A stretch of 64,000 bases of DNA from Candidatus Bathyarchaeia archaeon (GTDB lineage Archaea > Thermoproteota > Bathyarchaeia > Bathyarchaeales > Bathycorpusculaceae). The notes under the pieces were generated by a model. That model saw only the letters and a program-made list of their open reading frames with translations, ran no database searches and was not told the origin of the DNA. The stretch covers positions 32,001-96,000 of the forward strand of contig JBEKKK010000002.1 of the NCBI GenBank assembly GCA_050010755.1, written 5' to 3'. Below, piece after piece: positions 30,268 to 40,051 of this stretch. A program made the translations under genes and the position numbers. Position 1 is the first letter of the stretch. Every line of letters begins with the position of its first letter.

Positions 30268-31221
30268 TCAGAGGTGTTCTTGCTCTGCAAATTGTTGTAT
30301 CTGGTTAATGTAGTCCTTTGTTTTGTCATATAAAAAGTACGGGTCAGTATTGTTTGCTGTCCCATCATAATGAGGTTCAATCTCTGTTCTTTCAACATAC
30401 TCGTTCCACGAAGTTATCATTATAGTGTCAATCCTTCCATCTTTCCAGAGTTTTATGGCATTTTCCCACTCTTTATCGTAAGTTCCTTGAGTCAAGTTAG
30501 GGTCAACTACACAACTGGGCGTTCTGTAACGAGAATCATCAAATCTGGGAGTTACGCTGATTTCATTGGTATAGGGCACACGGCTCGGTTGCACGTAATA
30601 GTCCAAATCAGTATAAACCCATTGGACGTAGGGTGATTGCCCCACGAGAACGGTATTGAACCTTCTGTCCAGTGGAATGGAACCATTATCAGTCAAGTTC
30701 TCGTCATTAAAGAAACAAATCAAAGGCATAGTAGTGTAATTGTAGTAAATCGAAGAATAAGGCACAACGAATTCATCGTAAATATGGTCGTAGATTCCGC
30801 TATAATCATAGGAGTTGCCTGTCTTGTTGAAAGGTTCAACCATAATGGCAAATTTCAAATTAGTCATATTGTCTTCTGCTACCTCGAAAACCTGTTTTGT
30901 CGCATTATCAATGAACTGCTCATACGGAGAATAGAACCCCCACCAAGAAATCACAACGAAATCAATACCTGCGTCTTTCATCCAAATAAGTTGTTGTTTT
31001 ATTACCGTGGCGTTGGAACTGCTGTAATTACCCAAAACGGGATAGTCAATGAACTTTGAGGCGTTCCAATTGTCTGAGTCAGGGGCACCGTACCAAAGAT
31101 AATAGAAGATTCCGATTTTAGGAGCGACAACCTTTGAAGGCGGGGGGAGAGTTATCAAATAAGCGACAAAAGCACTCACAATCACTATACAAATCAAGAC
31201 TGCAACTAGCCACCGCTTCAT
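30268..31221 (-). CDS. Membrane-anchored GH99/GH71-like glycoside hydrolase
   Basis: FYYLWYG, YPVLGNYSS, AGIDFVVISWW, ITSWNEYVERTEIEP; start MKRWL followed by TM. Confidence 0.85.
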   Translation of the reverse strand: MKRWLVAVLICIVIVSAFVAYLITLPPPSKVVAPKIGIFYYLWYGAPDSDNWNASKFIDYPVLGNYSSSNATVIKQQLIWMKDAGIDFVVISWWGFYSPYEQFIDNATKQVFEVAEDNMTNLKFAIMVEPFNKTGNSYDYSGIYDHIYDEFVVPYSSIYYNYTTMPLICFFNDENLTDNGSIPLDRRFNTVLVGQSPYVQWVYTDLDYYVQPSRVPYTNEISVTPRFDDSRYRTPSCVVDPNLTQGTYDKEWENAIKLWKDGRIDTIMITSWNEYVERTEIEPHYDGTANNTDPYFLYDKTKDYINQIQQFAEQEHL

Positions 31222-31335
31222 TCTCTCCCTCAAGCTCCATTTTCTGTTGCTGTGCAGATTAAAGATTTCTGTGTTTGAGTATTTGCAGAAGTAGTTATAA
31301 GAGCAAAATGCCATAGGGTTGAATAGTGACGGAAG

Positions 31336-31614
31336 TTGACAAAGAGAGTTGACATATATCATCATTCAGCGAAGGACACCTCTGACACTAAACCTTGTGC
31401 TTGGTGTAAAGGCAAGGGCACGTTAGCCAACAGCATTACAGGTTCGAGAAAGACTTGTGATGTTTGTGGCGGAACAGGCTGGAACGCATTTCACGGAACA
31501 GTAAAAGTTTGTGGAACGTGTAGTGGCACGGGTTCAAAAGGAACAACACTTGTAATGAGCAATCGCATCAGATGTCCTATTTGCCGCGGCAAAGGCTATA
31601 ATGAAATTGGTTGA
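31336..31614 (+). CDS. DnaJ-type zinc finger protein
   Basis: Four CxxCxGxG repeats. Confidence 0.75.
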   Translation: MTKRVDIYHHSAKDTSDTKPCAWCKGKGTLANSITGSRKTCDVCGGTGWNAFHGTVKVCGTCSGTGSKGTTLVMSNRIRCPICRGKGYNEIG

Positions 31615-31680
31615 AGAGCAGAAGAGGATGAGAAACTCATAGAGCTGGATACTGCAAATATAAGGGTGGTGTATTAGAGG

Positions 31681-32037
31681 ATGATAGACCCACTCCTAAT
31701 TCCAATACTGCTGGTAATACTGATAGTGTTTGGCATTCCATTTTTTATTGGATTTAAGGTTGCAGACTCGATAAACAAAAAGTACAGATTAAAGACTGCT
31801 ATTGTAGTTTGGTATTTAATTCCTAACTCTATAATTTTTGTTATTCCAATCTTAGTCTTCAATAAATTTTGGACTATGACGGCATTATTAACCCGTTCGC
31901 TGATGCTTGTAGGGTTTCTTTCCATCTTTACGATACCAATTTGGTTGATTGGAACAGCATTATTAGTTCACAGGAATCGTGAATATAAGAAAACAGCCAC
32001 AAGAGATTTCGAACTTGGAGCATCTCAAGCAACTTAA
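31681..32037 (+). CDS. Small membrane protein
   Basis: Three hydrophobic segments, SD GAGG. Confidence 0.6.
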   Translation: MIDPLLIPILLVILIVFGIPFFIGFKVADSINKKYRLKTAIVVWYLIPNSIIFVIPILVFNKFWTMTALLTRSLMLVGFLSIFTIPIWLIGTALLVHRNREYKKTATRDFELGASQAT

Positions 32038-32351
32038 AGGCAAAAGGATTGGGATTGGTGGACCTTGCTGTGCAGAAACAGAAATCTGGAACAGATAGCA
32101 AACCCAAACTAACCATCAGCAAGTTCTTCAAGCAACTTTAAGTCTTCTCGTAACCCTTCAATATGTCTGGTTGCCCGAAATTTCAGGACCTTGATGAGGT
32201 TCGTTGATTCCCTATTTTTCAAAAACCGCTTAATTTCCTCTCGTTCTTTCTTAGTTAAGATATATAGCCGCATAACAATCTCTTATCTGGTTACAACTAC
32301 AGTAATAAATAAATACTTCGATTACCACTACAGTAACCGAGGAAATCAAGA

Positions 32352-32486
32352 ATGAACTACGACAATTATCCTGTAGGGGTTCGTAGGCATCAGCCTTTGA
32401 GCAACAATTCTTATGCTGATGATAGCCAAAGCGTTGCGAGGGGTTCAAATCCCACCCCCCGCACTGTTGCTCACTTCTGGGTTTAA
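32352..32486 (+). CDS. int(N) fragment reading through attR
   Basis: MNYDNYPVGVRRHQPLSNNSYADDSQSVARGSNPTPRT...; GSNPTPRT is the same frame as int(C); GAGGA upstream. Confidence 0.75.
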   Translation: MNYDNYPVGVRRHQPLSNNSYADDSQSVARGSNPTPRTVAHFWV

Positions 32487-32624
32487 ACTGTCAACTTTCA
32501 GAAAGCCGCGAGAATCTTACGCTTCATCAGATTGTACGATCGCATCGCTCGATATATCGAGCAAAGCCTGGAGTTACTAATCATACAGCAACCAAGCTCG
32601 CTAGACAATTCATCAAAGTAGACT

Positions 32625-34320
32625 TTACACAAAAACGTTTTCTCTTATTTTTCTGCGGACAAATTTCTCGATGCTTTCATTACTGGTATGGAACCCTTCT
32701 AGCTCTTGTCCGCTCAGCATGAGGAACGAATAAGGTTTGGAAGTGTGACGAAGCATCTCGTCTCGAGAATCCCGTGAGAATCCCGAAGTTGAAACGATTA
32801 TCGCTAGCTTGATCTTTTCACTGTACGAATCAACTACTGCGACAAAGCTCCTGACCGCTGAAGCGCTCATAGGTCCTTCCAAGTTCTTGCATTCCACTAA
32901 GCAATAAGGCGAGTAACTTCTTAGCGCGCCTTTTTCAATCTCAGCTATTAGATCAATTTCGGCGGTCCTCGTTCTTTTTCTGGTTTCTGTAACTTTGACG
33001 CCTTTTATGGAGTTTAAGAAGACTCTGAAATAATTCTCGAGGGCAATGCCTCTCTCGTTTGGGGTGGTTTGCCTTCTCTTTACGCCGTTTCTCCAAAGCT
33101 GAAGCAGTTGAATTTTCAAGGGTAAATCCTTCATTCCTAGATCTTTAATAGTTTCGTTTGAAGGAAGATTGGATAGCTTGTTTAGGTACTGAGCCAGCAT
33201 AGATTTCTTGAAGCTGGTTTTGACATCTTCTTCGCCCAATCTGTCATAAACCACATTTAGAAGGATATTGGCATCTTCCAGAACCGTTCTTCCTTTGACG
33301 AGCTCTTTTTCCACATTAGTGTAAACTTCATTCAAGTGATCTTTTGAAATGACGACATTGCTGGTTTTGGATTTGACGGCCTTAACTATGGTATTAGCGA
33401 AACCAGCATCAACACTTATCGGAGAGAGTGACTGAGACACGGTATTGACTTGCTGACGTAGAGTTTCGTCCGAAAAACCGATAGTTTCCAATTCCTGAAG
33501 GATCAATCTTATTCGGTCTCTAATCGGAGGGTGAGTCGCTTGGATACTATCATGAACAAGATAGTCAGGTGAATTGAGAAACAAACAAAGATATGGGGGG
33601 CCAAGATAGCGCGCCGATATTATGTCCGGAACGATTTCGCTCGTCCATTCGTAAGCCAATCTGACGGAAGATTCGTCTAATTGTCTGTGCGCCATTGAGT
33701 TAAATATATCAGAGGATATTTTTAGGTGCTCGTCGACAATGTGAGCTGCCTCATGTATAAGTGCTGGCAACTTTTTCCAATTGTCAATGTCTATCAGTGG
33801 AACTGAAACAAAATACGGTAGTTTCATTAATTTCTGGATTAAGTTGGCATCCAAAACATTCGAAAATCCAGCTACCTCCTTGCCTGGGAAATAGACGCTA
33901 AACTCTGATCCTACTGTAAAGAACAGAGCATTCTTTATCTCGAACCTGTCAAGAAAATCATACATAAACGCATTCAATTCTAGGAAGGTATTTGAGGAAC
34001 CTAGACTGAACTGATGCAAGAAATAAGCTATCCTTTTCAACAAATGATCATAGAATTCGAGGTAGCCCAGAATTGCTTCCATATTTTTGCTTCCGACGCC
34101 TGCTTCCACGTCCCGCAAAATTCCGATCTTGTACTCAATGCTTCCTTTCAACCATTCCAGCGCTTCTTCAAAAGTCGATATGTTGAATAGGTTTGGCGAT
34201 ACAGCTTCATTTTTCTTGATGTTTTTTAAGTAGTTCTGGACATCCCTGTGTCTTTCCCTCAATAGTTCGACGTATTTTTTCGAAAGGTATATCAATGAAG
34301 CTTCTCGGGACATCTCCATC
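32625..34320 (-). CDS. HExxH metalloprotease-like domain fused to Mrr-like restriction endonuclease
   Basis: IHEAAH, WTSEIVPD..GPPY, THPP; C-terminal GIALE, EIDL...VECKN, VSTSGFS. Confidence 0.78.
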
Positions 34321-34455
34321 GTGTCAGCTCCAGTAAAACCGTTTGTGTAAATAGGCAACTGCAGTCTACACACAAGATAATTTCAACATAAATTCTTTTG
34401 TATGTTCTGAGCACGTTTTGAGCAGAACATTCGGCAATGTCCAAAAGAACTCTAC

Positions 34456-36666
34456 TCAAACGAACAGATTTTCGCGGATTACCTCTTTTTCGTATTCAGA
34501 AAGTCCCGAACCCTCTAGGAAATCCTTGTTACCTATTTTTTCCAATAATTCGCTTTCACCAAGACCCAGCGGCACTGCACGCTCCAACTTTCTAATTGCT
34601 GAATTAGGGATTCCATATTCCACCAGAATTGAAAGATCATCCCTAACAAAATCGTTTTCAATCTGCTTTGCGAAGAATGAGTAATCTCCAGCGGACAATC
34701 CACATTTTTCGCAGACGAATTTCTGCAGGCTGTTAACTACGCTGAGCCATTTGGGAACTTTGTAGTGGAACCAATGTCTTAGTATGTCAAATGCTTCTCT
34801 AATTGAGTCGTCAATAAGTGCTTGCTCCGATTGGTTCTTTTTGTTTGCTTTGAAGTACCGGTATGTGCTTGCCGCTAGCTGCGAAATATCCTGGCTCCTT
34901 TTATAGTCATTTGTGACCTTGACTAGTCGTTTGAGAGTCATTGGTCTCGTTGTTTCGGTTTTCTTAAGCAAGTTTTTCCAACCTAATGTCAAGACGTATT
35001 CAAGTTGTCGATAGTTTGGAAGACCACTCCAGTAAAGAAGTTCACGTTTCTCTAGAATCTCTTTCTTAAGACAATCAAGAATCGCTGCTTGACCTTTTAC
35101 TAGGACACCATTTTTCCTGAATAGGTCCCTTTCTTCTTTGGGGATTTTCTGAAGATCATTGTATTGCTCTGTTTGTTTGTTTCTGACGTCTTCTTCATCT
35201 AGCTGAATCAATACTTCATCAGAGATTTTCTCGGTTTGTTCAAAAAAAGGTATGTCCACTATAATTCTTTCCTTTTCAGGTGGTCTATTAAAATTAAAAA
35301 TCCTTCCGACATAATGAATCATCATCCTCCCAGATCTACCCTTAATGTTGTTGTAATCGAAGTAATCTATCGCTTTTCTGTATCCCTTGTACTTGTCAAA
35401 AAATACTACATTCTTGGCACTCGTATTTACTCCTTCAATTATCGTTGTTGTGCAGAACAGATAGTTTAGTTTGGGCGCATTAAAGTAACGAATCATCGAA
35501 GAGGTTAAATGCCTCTGTAAAGCCCCATCATGTATTCCAATTCCGTGATTTAAGCACTCAATCAATCCCCATCTTTCGTTGACATTTTCCTTAATCCAAT
35601 CAACAAGATTTAGTTCTTTACTAGCAACATCAGTATTTTTGTCTTTTAGATAGTTGCAGAATTCTCTCGAGAGATATCGCACCTTGTGTGGTGACGAACA
35701 ATAGATTATCGTTTGCTCGTTTCGTAGACTATAGAGAAGATCGAACAAAGCCTTTTCTTTCGCTGTCTTCTTTTTCCCTCGTTCACCAAAATCCTCTGAG
35801 CATTTATCGATCACTCGATTGTCAACCAAAGTGTACGTAGTTGGGAAAAACGTCGCGTTGTATTTTTCAGCAAAACCTGCCGAAATACCGTCGATATTGG
35901 GCCCGAGCAAATAGAACTTGCTTTTATGTTTACTAAGCAACAAATTAAAAGCATTATTCAAGACGTCAGATCTTTCTTCATCTCTGTTCGCGCTCAACTT
36001 ATAGAATTCGTCTACAACGGCGAAGTCTATTTGCGGGAGTTGAGGATATTCCATCACTCTCTCAGCAGTGAACAGAAATATGTTTCCTTTCTCTCTTGAG
36101 AAATCTTGAGAAGTTCGCACAATTACCTTGTAATAGTCGCCATATCTCTGCAATTTCTTTCTCGTTTCATCTATTAATGCGAGCGTGGGTTGAATAATAA
36201 CTATGTTTTTGTACTTTTTGCTCGCCACAACTTCTTGTATTAAAAGGCTTTTTCCAAAGCTTGTTGGAGCACTTGCTATCACATTTCTTCCTTTTTTCAG
36301 TAAGTCAGAGAGAAATCTCTGCTCTTCGTGAAAGTAGCACTCATGGAGATAATCTGAGCCATAAGTTCCCTTTCTAATTTCACCAGCCGTGTTCTTGAAG
36401 ACTAAATTTACCTTTTCTTTTTCAAGATATGGATAGAAGCCTGCAGACTCAATTAAATCCGTCCACATTTCACGGGTCGAAGTATCGATCTTGGTCCAAT
36501 TATCAAGAACATTTATAATTATTCGTCTTCCCATCTCTTCGGTTTCTGCTTTTCCTAATAATTCTGAACATGTTTTCGCGATATCGAAACTTTTGCTCAT
36601 ATCTACGAGATTTGTAGCCACCAGCTCATCGATTATTTTTTCAACTGAATTCTCCAACATCATCAC
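34456..36666 (-). CDS. hamB: Hachiman helicase HamB (SF2 Ski2-like)
   Basis: APTSFGKS, QPTLAL, DEFYK, GIGIHDG, TTTIIEGVN, NIKGRSGR; abuts hamA. Confidence 0.85.
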   Translation of the reverse strand: MMMLENSVEKIIDELVATNLVDMSKSFDIAKTCSELLGKAETEEMGRRIIINVLDNWTKIDTSTREMWTDLIESAGFYPYLEKEKVNLVFKNTAGEIRKGTYGSDYLHECYFHEEQRFLSDLLKKGRNVIASAPTSFGKSLLIQEVVASKKYKNIVIIQPTLALIDETRKKLQRYGDYYKVIVRTSQDFSREKGNIFLFTAERVMEYPQLPQIDFAVVDEFYKLSANRDEERSDVLNNAFNLLLSKHKSKFYLLGPNIDGISAGFAEKYNATFFPTTYTLVDNRVIDKCSEDFGERGKKKTAKEKALFDLLYSLRNEQTIIYCSSPHKVRYLSREFCNYLKDKNTDVASKELNLVDWIKENVNERWGLIECLNHGIGIHDGALQRHLTSSMIRYFNAPKLNYLFCTTTIIEGVNTSAKNVVFFDKYKGYRKAIDYFDYNNIKGRSGRMMIHYVGRIFNFNRPPEKERIIVDIPFFEQTEKISDEVLIQLDEEDVRNKQTEQYNDLQKIPKEERDLFRKNGVLVKGQAAILDCLKKEILEKRELLYWSGLPNYRQLEYVLTLGWKNLLKKTETTRPMTLKRLVKVTNDYKRSQDISQLAASTYRYFKANKKNQSEQALIDDSIREAFDILRHWFHYKVPKWLSVVNSLQKFVCEKCGLSAGDYSFFAKQIENDFVRDDLSILVEYGIPNSAIRKLERAVPLGLGESELLEKIGNKDFLEGSGLSEYEKEVIRENLFV

Positions 36667-37599
36667 CTAAATATTCTGAAGCATCCATAATTTCTCGTGC
36701 ATTTTCCTCACCAGGTCATCCTTGCATTTTACTGGAAAAAGCATTAGGATTATGTTCAAGTTTGTCTTAAGTGGGTGGTCATTATGCTTGTCAAAATAAT
36801 CCCTTAATTCATTCACCTCTTGTTGATAGTCTGTAATGAACTGAGGCAGAGCTTCATCATTATACTTGACGAAATTCTGGCTTGAATATGTCAGCAGTAG
36901 CGGAATGGTTACAGAGTGAAGAACGTCGAGTAGTTTCTTGCTTCTGTGCATTAGATCAAGCCAATATTCTTTATGCGGTATTTCTTTGTAGAGTTTTATT
37001 CTCTTTGAGATAATCGCAAATTCGTCTTGAAGATAATCTCGCTTGAAGTGATCTTTCACGTCCTTTAGCAAGGCGCTAATTCCTTTTCTCCCGTTTGTAT
37101 ACAGCTTGGATTCCCCGAGCCACAGGCTTTTTTCTGGAGGATAAATATGCACAGCATCAAAGCCATGTGGAGGCAATCCATAAGAATCCTTGAAGTAAAT
37201 CTTTGACAACAAAGGAACGGTGTTGTTGAAATCTCTCAAGATGAGATGAAGTACTAATTCGCCAAATTCTCCTCTTTCAAGGTATTCCTTCTCTGCGCTT
37301 TCGTCAGAAATGCATCCTCCTTGTTGGTAGATTTCCCACAAATCTCGGAATTCCTTTATTTTGTATATGGATTTTGCAGCTTCACGCAGCTTTTCCACCA
37401 TGTTAATCGAAGTGATTTTCTCGTCACAATAATATTCAAAAGCAAATTCGGGGATCACATTCGTCAGAAGAGTTATCAATTCATCCAATCGGTAATATTT
37501 TTTACCATCATTGTTTGAGTCAAATCCCACAAAATAAGTCTTAAAATGAGCGTCTGATATCTTTTCAGTTATAACTTTCGCTGCTCCAAACGACTGCAT
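36667..37599 (-). CDS. hamA: Hachiman HamA (DUF1837) nuclease
   Basis: GEFGELVLHLIL, SKIYFKD, HGFDAVH, LWLGESKLY. Confidence 0.88.
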   Translation of the reverse strand: MQSFGAAKVITEKISDAHFKTYFVGFDSNNDGKKYYRLDELITLLTNVIPEFAFEYYCDEKITSINMVEKLREAAKSIYKIKEFRDLWEIYQQGGCISDESAEKEYLERGEFGELVLHLILRDFNNTVPLLSKIYFKDSYGLPPHGFDAVHIYPPEKSLWLGESKLYTNGRKGISALLKDVKDHFKRDYLQDEFAIISKRIKLYKEIPHKEYWLDLMHRSKKLLDVLHSVTIPLLLTYSSQNFVKYNDEALPQFITDYQQEVNELRDYFDKHNDHPLKTNLNIILMLFPVKCKDDLVRKMHEKLWMLQNI

Positions 37600-37788
37600 G
37601 TCCAGTCATTAAGGTTGATCGCTTTTTAACTTTTGGCATGGAAACATGGGCTAGGTTTGTCCAAAATAAAGGAAACATGAGGGAGCCGCCCTATTTCGAG
37701 AGCCTTTTAAGCCTAATAAATGTCATAGTTAGCCTGTAACGGCTTGAAATATGACCGAAATTGAAAATAATCCTGAAACAATATCCGA

Positions 37789-37821
37789 TGGCCGACGAGA
37801 GTTCGAATCTCTCCGAGGCTA
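37789..37821 (+). other. Orphan tRNA 3'-half fragment (Gln-like), probable att scar inside short ORF 37751-37822
   Basis: GCCGAC-GAGAG-TTCGAAT-CTCTC-CGAGGCT-A = T arm plus acceptor 3' strand; no 5' half nearby. Confidence 0.7.
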
Positions 37822-38145
37822 ACGCACCTTCAACCCCTCTAAACAATGCAAATCGACCGCCTTTTCGGTATAAAAGCCATAGAAATTGTTGTTTAATCGC
37901 GGACAGATAGAACAATTTTCTAGAAGGTTCAAATTCTCGGCTTGATATGAACCCCCAACTTTTACTTGATGGTTATAATTGCTGCGTCCAACTGAACAAT
38001 AGAATAGCGAACGTTGTGAGATACGATGTTTCAAGAACCCGCAGACTTCTTTTGATGCGATCTGGAGGCATCATTCGAAAGTCAAGTTGTTGAAACACAG
38101 GTGAAAGAAGTGAGTGAGCGAAACTGTACTTAATCTAAAATCCGC

Positions 38146-39729
38146 TTAGAAGGTTAAGCCCAAACTGTCCATCAATTTGGAGCCTTGTTTTGGTTCTCCT
38201 TTAATCCTAGGTCCAGAACACTGGACATTGATTCCGAAAATGTCGGCACCGAACCCATCGAATATCAGTGTCGAAATGTTGGGCGGATTGACGTCAACTA
38301 TTTTTCCAGAATCTACCTCTTCACAATCTGGAACCGTATTTGTTATGCTCACGATTATTTCATCTAATTCACCTATCGGACAAGCAAGTCCATTCGCAAA
38401 GAATTCTTGATCGTCTTGCAATAGCCTAATTCTTCTGCGAAAAGGTCCATCAATAGGGGTTTCAGGCGTATTCCACGATTCTTGAATCGTGTACTTGGTA
38501 GAAGACAACGACTTGCCTGTGACGATCACTCCTTCATACGTGCCAATTTCTCTTTCCCTGCGCGATAATTCAAAAACTTCTCGATTTATCCCTCCCAGTA
38601 TCTCAAGTTTCATTCTCTTTTTGGTTTTTGAAGCCCAAGAGCAATATCTGAGAGGTTCCATAGTGAAATGTTCTATCCTCACTCGACTTCCTTCGAGGCG
38701 ACTGAAATGTTCAAAAGACTTGTAAATATCCTCAAACCCGCTCCAACTCGTAGGAATGCAACTCAAATAGAAGTCTACACCAATATCTAGAACCCAATCT
38801 CCCTTCCTATATGCGTAGAGCACCAGAAAGCAGGTTCGATCATAATGTTCGCCGTAACATCCTTGCATTATTCCGCCTACTGCAGCTCTACTATGTTTTC
38901 TCAACTCCGTAATCAGATTTTTTGCACCGCAACCATAAGTATACTTGTGGTCTTCGGAAATCGTCCAATTGAGTGATCCATATGTCGAAAGCAAGTAAGA
39001 GGCAAACTTCCATTTTTGCTCAACTTCTTGAGCAAATTTTCCAAACTCTTCGATTTCACCATCGCATGGCGGTCTAGAACTGGCGTACACACAAGCTCGA
39101 GTTCCCCCGATCTGAGGAGGAGGAACCCATGTGAAATGAGGAATGAATACTGGAATCATCGCAAGCGCCGATAGTATTCCCCTTTTTTCAGTTGTTCGCG
39201 AAATTGCAGGTTTCGTTCCAATTATGACGATACTATTATTTCCATTCATGGAAAATCTTTCGCCCAGCCTAATTACTTCGACGGCCCTCCCTAACCCTTC
39301 CTTAGTGAGTTTTAGCAAAGCGCAACCCAATTTTTCCCAGTCTTTCTCGCAGGGCACCCTTTCTCCGATTAAGCTGTGATAAATCTCACTGACCTTTCTG
39401 TATTTTAGTTGCACTTTTCGGTGTTCACCGTGCTCACGTGCATGAATGAAATGGTGCCTCAATTCACTTATGGATAATCTCATTGAATCTACCCATGGAT
39501 CACTTGGAAGCCGCTTCCCATCAGCAGAAGACTCGATTATGAACTTGTACAACTTCTCTACGAGCTTATGGAAGTCATCTTCTGATCGGCAAAGAAACGA
39601 CGACAGTTCAATTACTAGACGTTCATTTTCCAGTACTGTACTGAATATTGGGTCTTTCCCTTGAAATCTAGCTGCCTCATTACACCTTATTCTTGAAGAA
39701 ACAATGTCAGTAACGATCTCGTTAGTCAT
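38146..39729 (-). CDS. Hypothetical protein, possible N-terminal HEPN-like domain
   Basis: 527 aa, SD GAGGTG; helical N-terminus with LRHHFIH (Rx4H). Confidence 0.65.
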   Translation of the reverse strand: MTNEIVTDIVSSRIRCNEAARFQGKDPIFSTVLENERLVIELSSFLCRSEDDFHKLVEKLYKFIIESSADGKRLPSDPWVDSMRLSISELRHHFIHAREHGEHRKVQLKYRKVSEIYHSLIGERVPCEKDWEKLGCALLKLTKEGLGRAVEVIRLGERFSMNGNNSIVIIGTKPAISRTTEKRGILSALAMIPVFIPHFTWVPPPQIGGTRACVYASSRPPCDGEIEEFGKFAQEVEQKWKFASYLLSTYGSLNWTISEDHKYTYGCGAKNLITELRKHSRAAVGGIMQGCYGEHYDRTCFLVLYAYRKGDWVLDIGVDFYLSCIPTSWSGFEDIYKSFEHFSRLEGSRVRIEHFTMEPLRYCSWASKTKKRMKLEILGGINREVFELSRREREIGTYEGVIVTGKSLSSTKYTIQESWNTPETPIDGPFRRRIRLLQDDQEFFANGLACPIGELDEIIVSITNTVPDCEEVDSGKIVDVNPPNISTLIFDGFGADIFGINVQCSGPRIKGEPKQGSKLMDSLGLTF

Positions 39730-40051
39730 GGAGACACCTCATCGATATTACCTCTCCCTTATGTGATATTAAAAAGAGTGTTCCTTAGTGTGCGCTATTT
39801 ACAGTTGCGCTTCTTCAAAAATCAAGAAAGTCTTTAGAGACTTGAATGGTACGTGCGCGCCTTTAACAACGATTAGAAATGTGTGCAGATTGAAGTGGAA
39901 TTCGAGACCAATTGGGTTCCGAAAGACGAGGAAGAAGTCAAAAAAATTCATTCAACTTGGGTATGATAACAAGTTCAACGAAAAATAGTGAAAAATGTCA
40001 AAGAAAAACTGCAAGGTAGGCAACCAAGAATAGGCTGAGACTAACGCGCCG

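Larger units (their letters stand above)
27494..32464 (+). mobile_element. ~5 kb integrated plasmid/virus-like element in tRNA-Leu 3' end
   Basis: 24-bp direct repeat GGGTTCAAATCCCACCCCCCGCAC at 27494-27517 and 32441-32464; integrase; more AT-rich cargo. Confidence 0.88.

Noticed and set aside
32385-32440. tRNA intron in the att copy
   Set aside because: It contains a CATCAGC/GCTGATG hairpin, but I could not build a bulge-helix-bulge at the junctions (position 50/51), and there is no tRNA 5' half.
37789-37821. Complete tRNA gene
   Set aside because: Only the T arm and acceptor 3' strand are present; no D or anticodon arm upstream.
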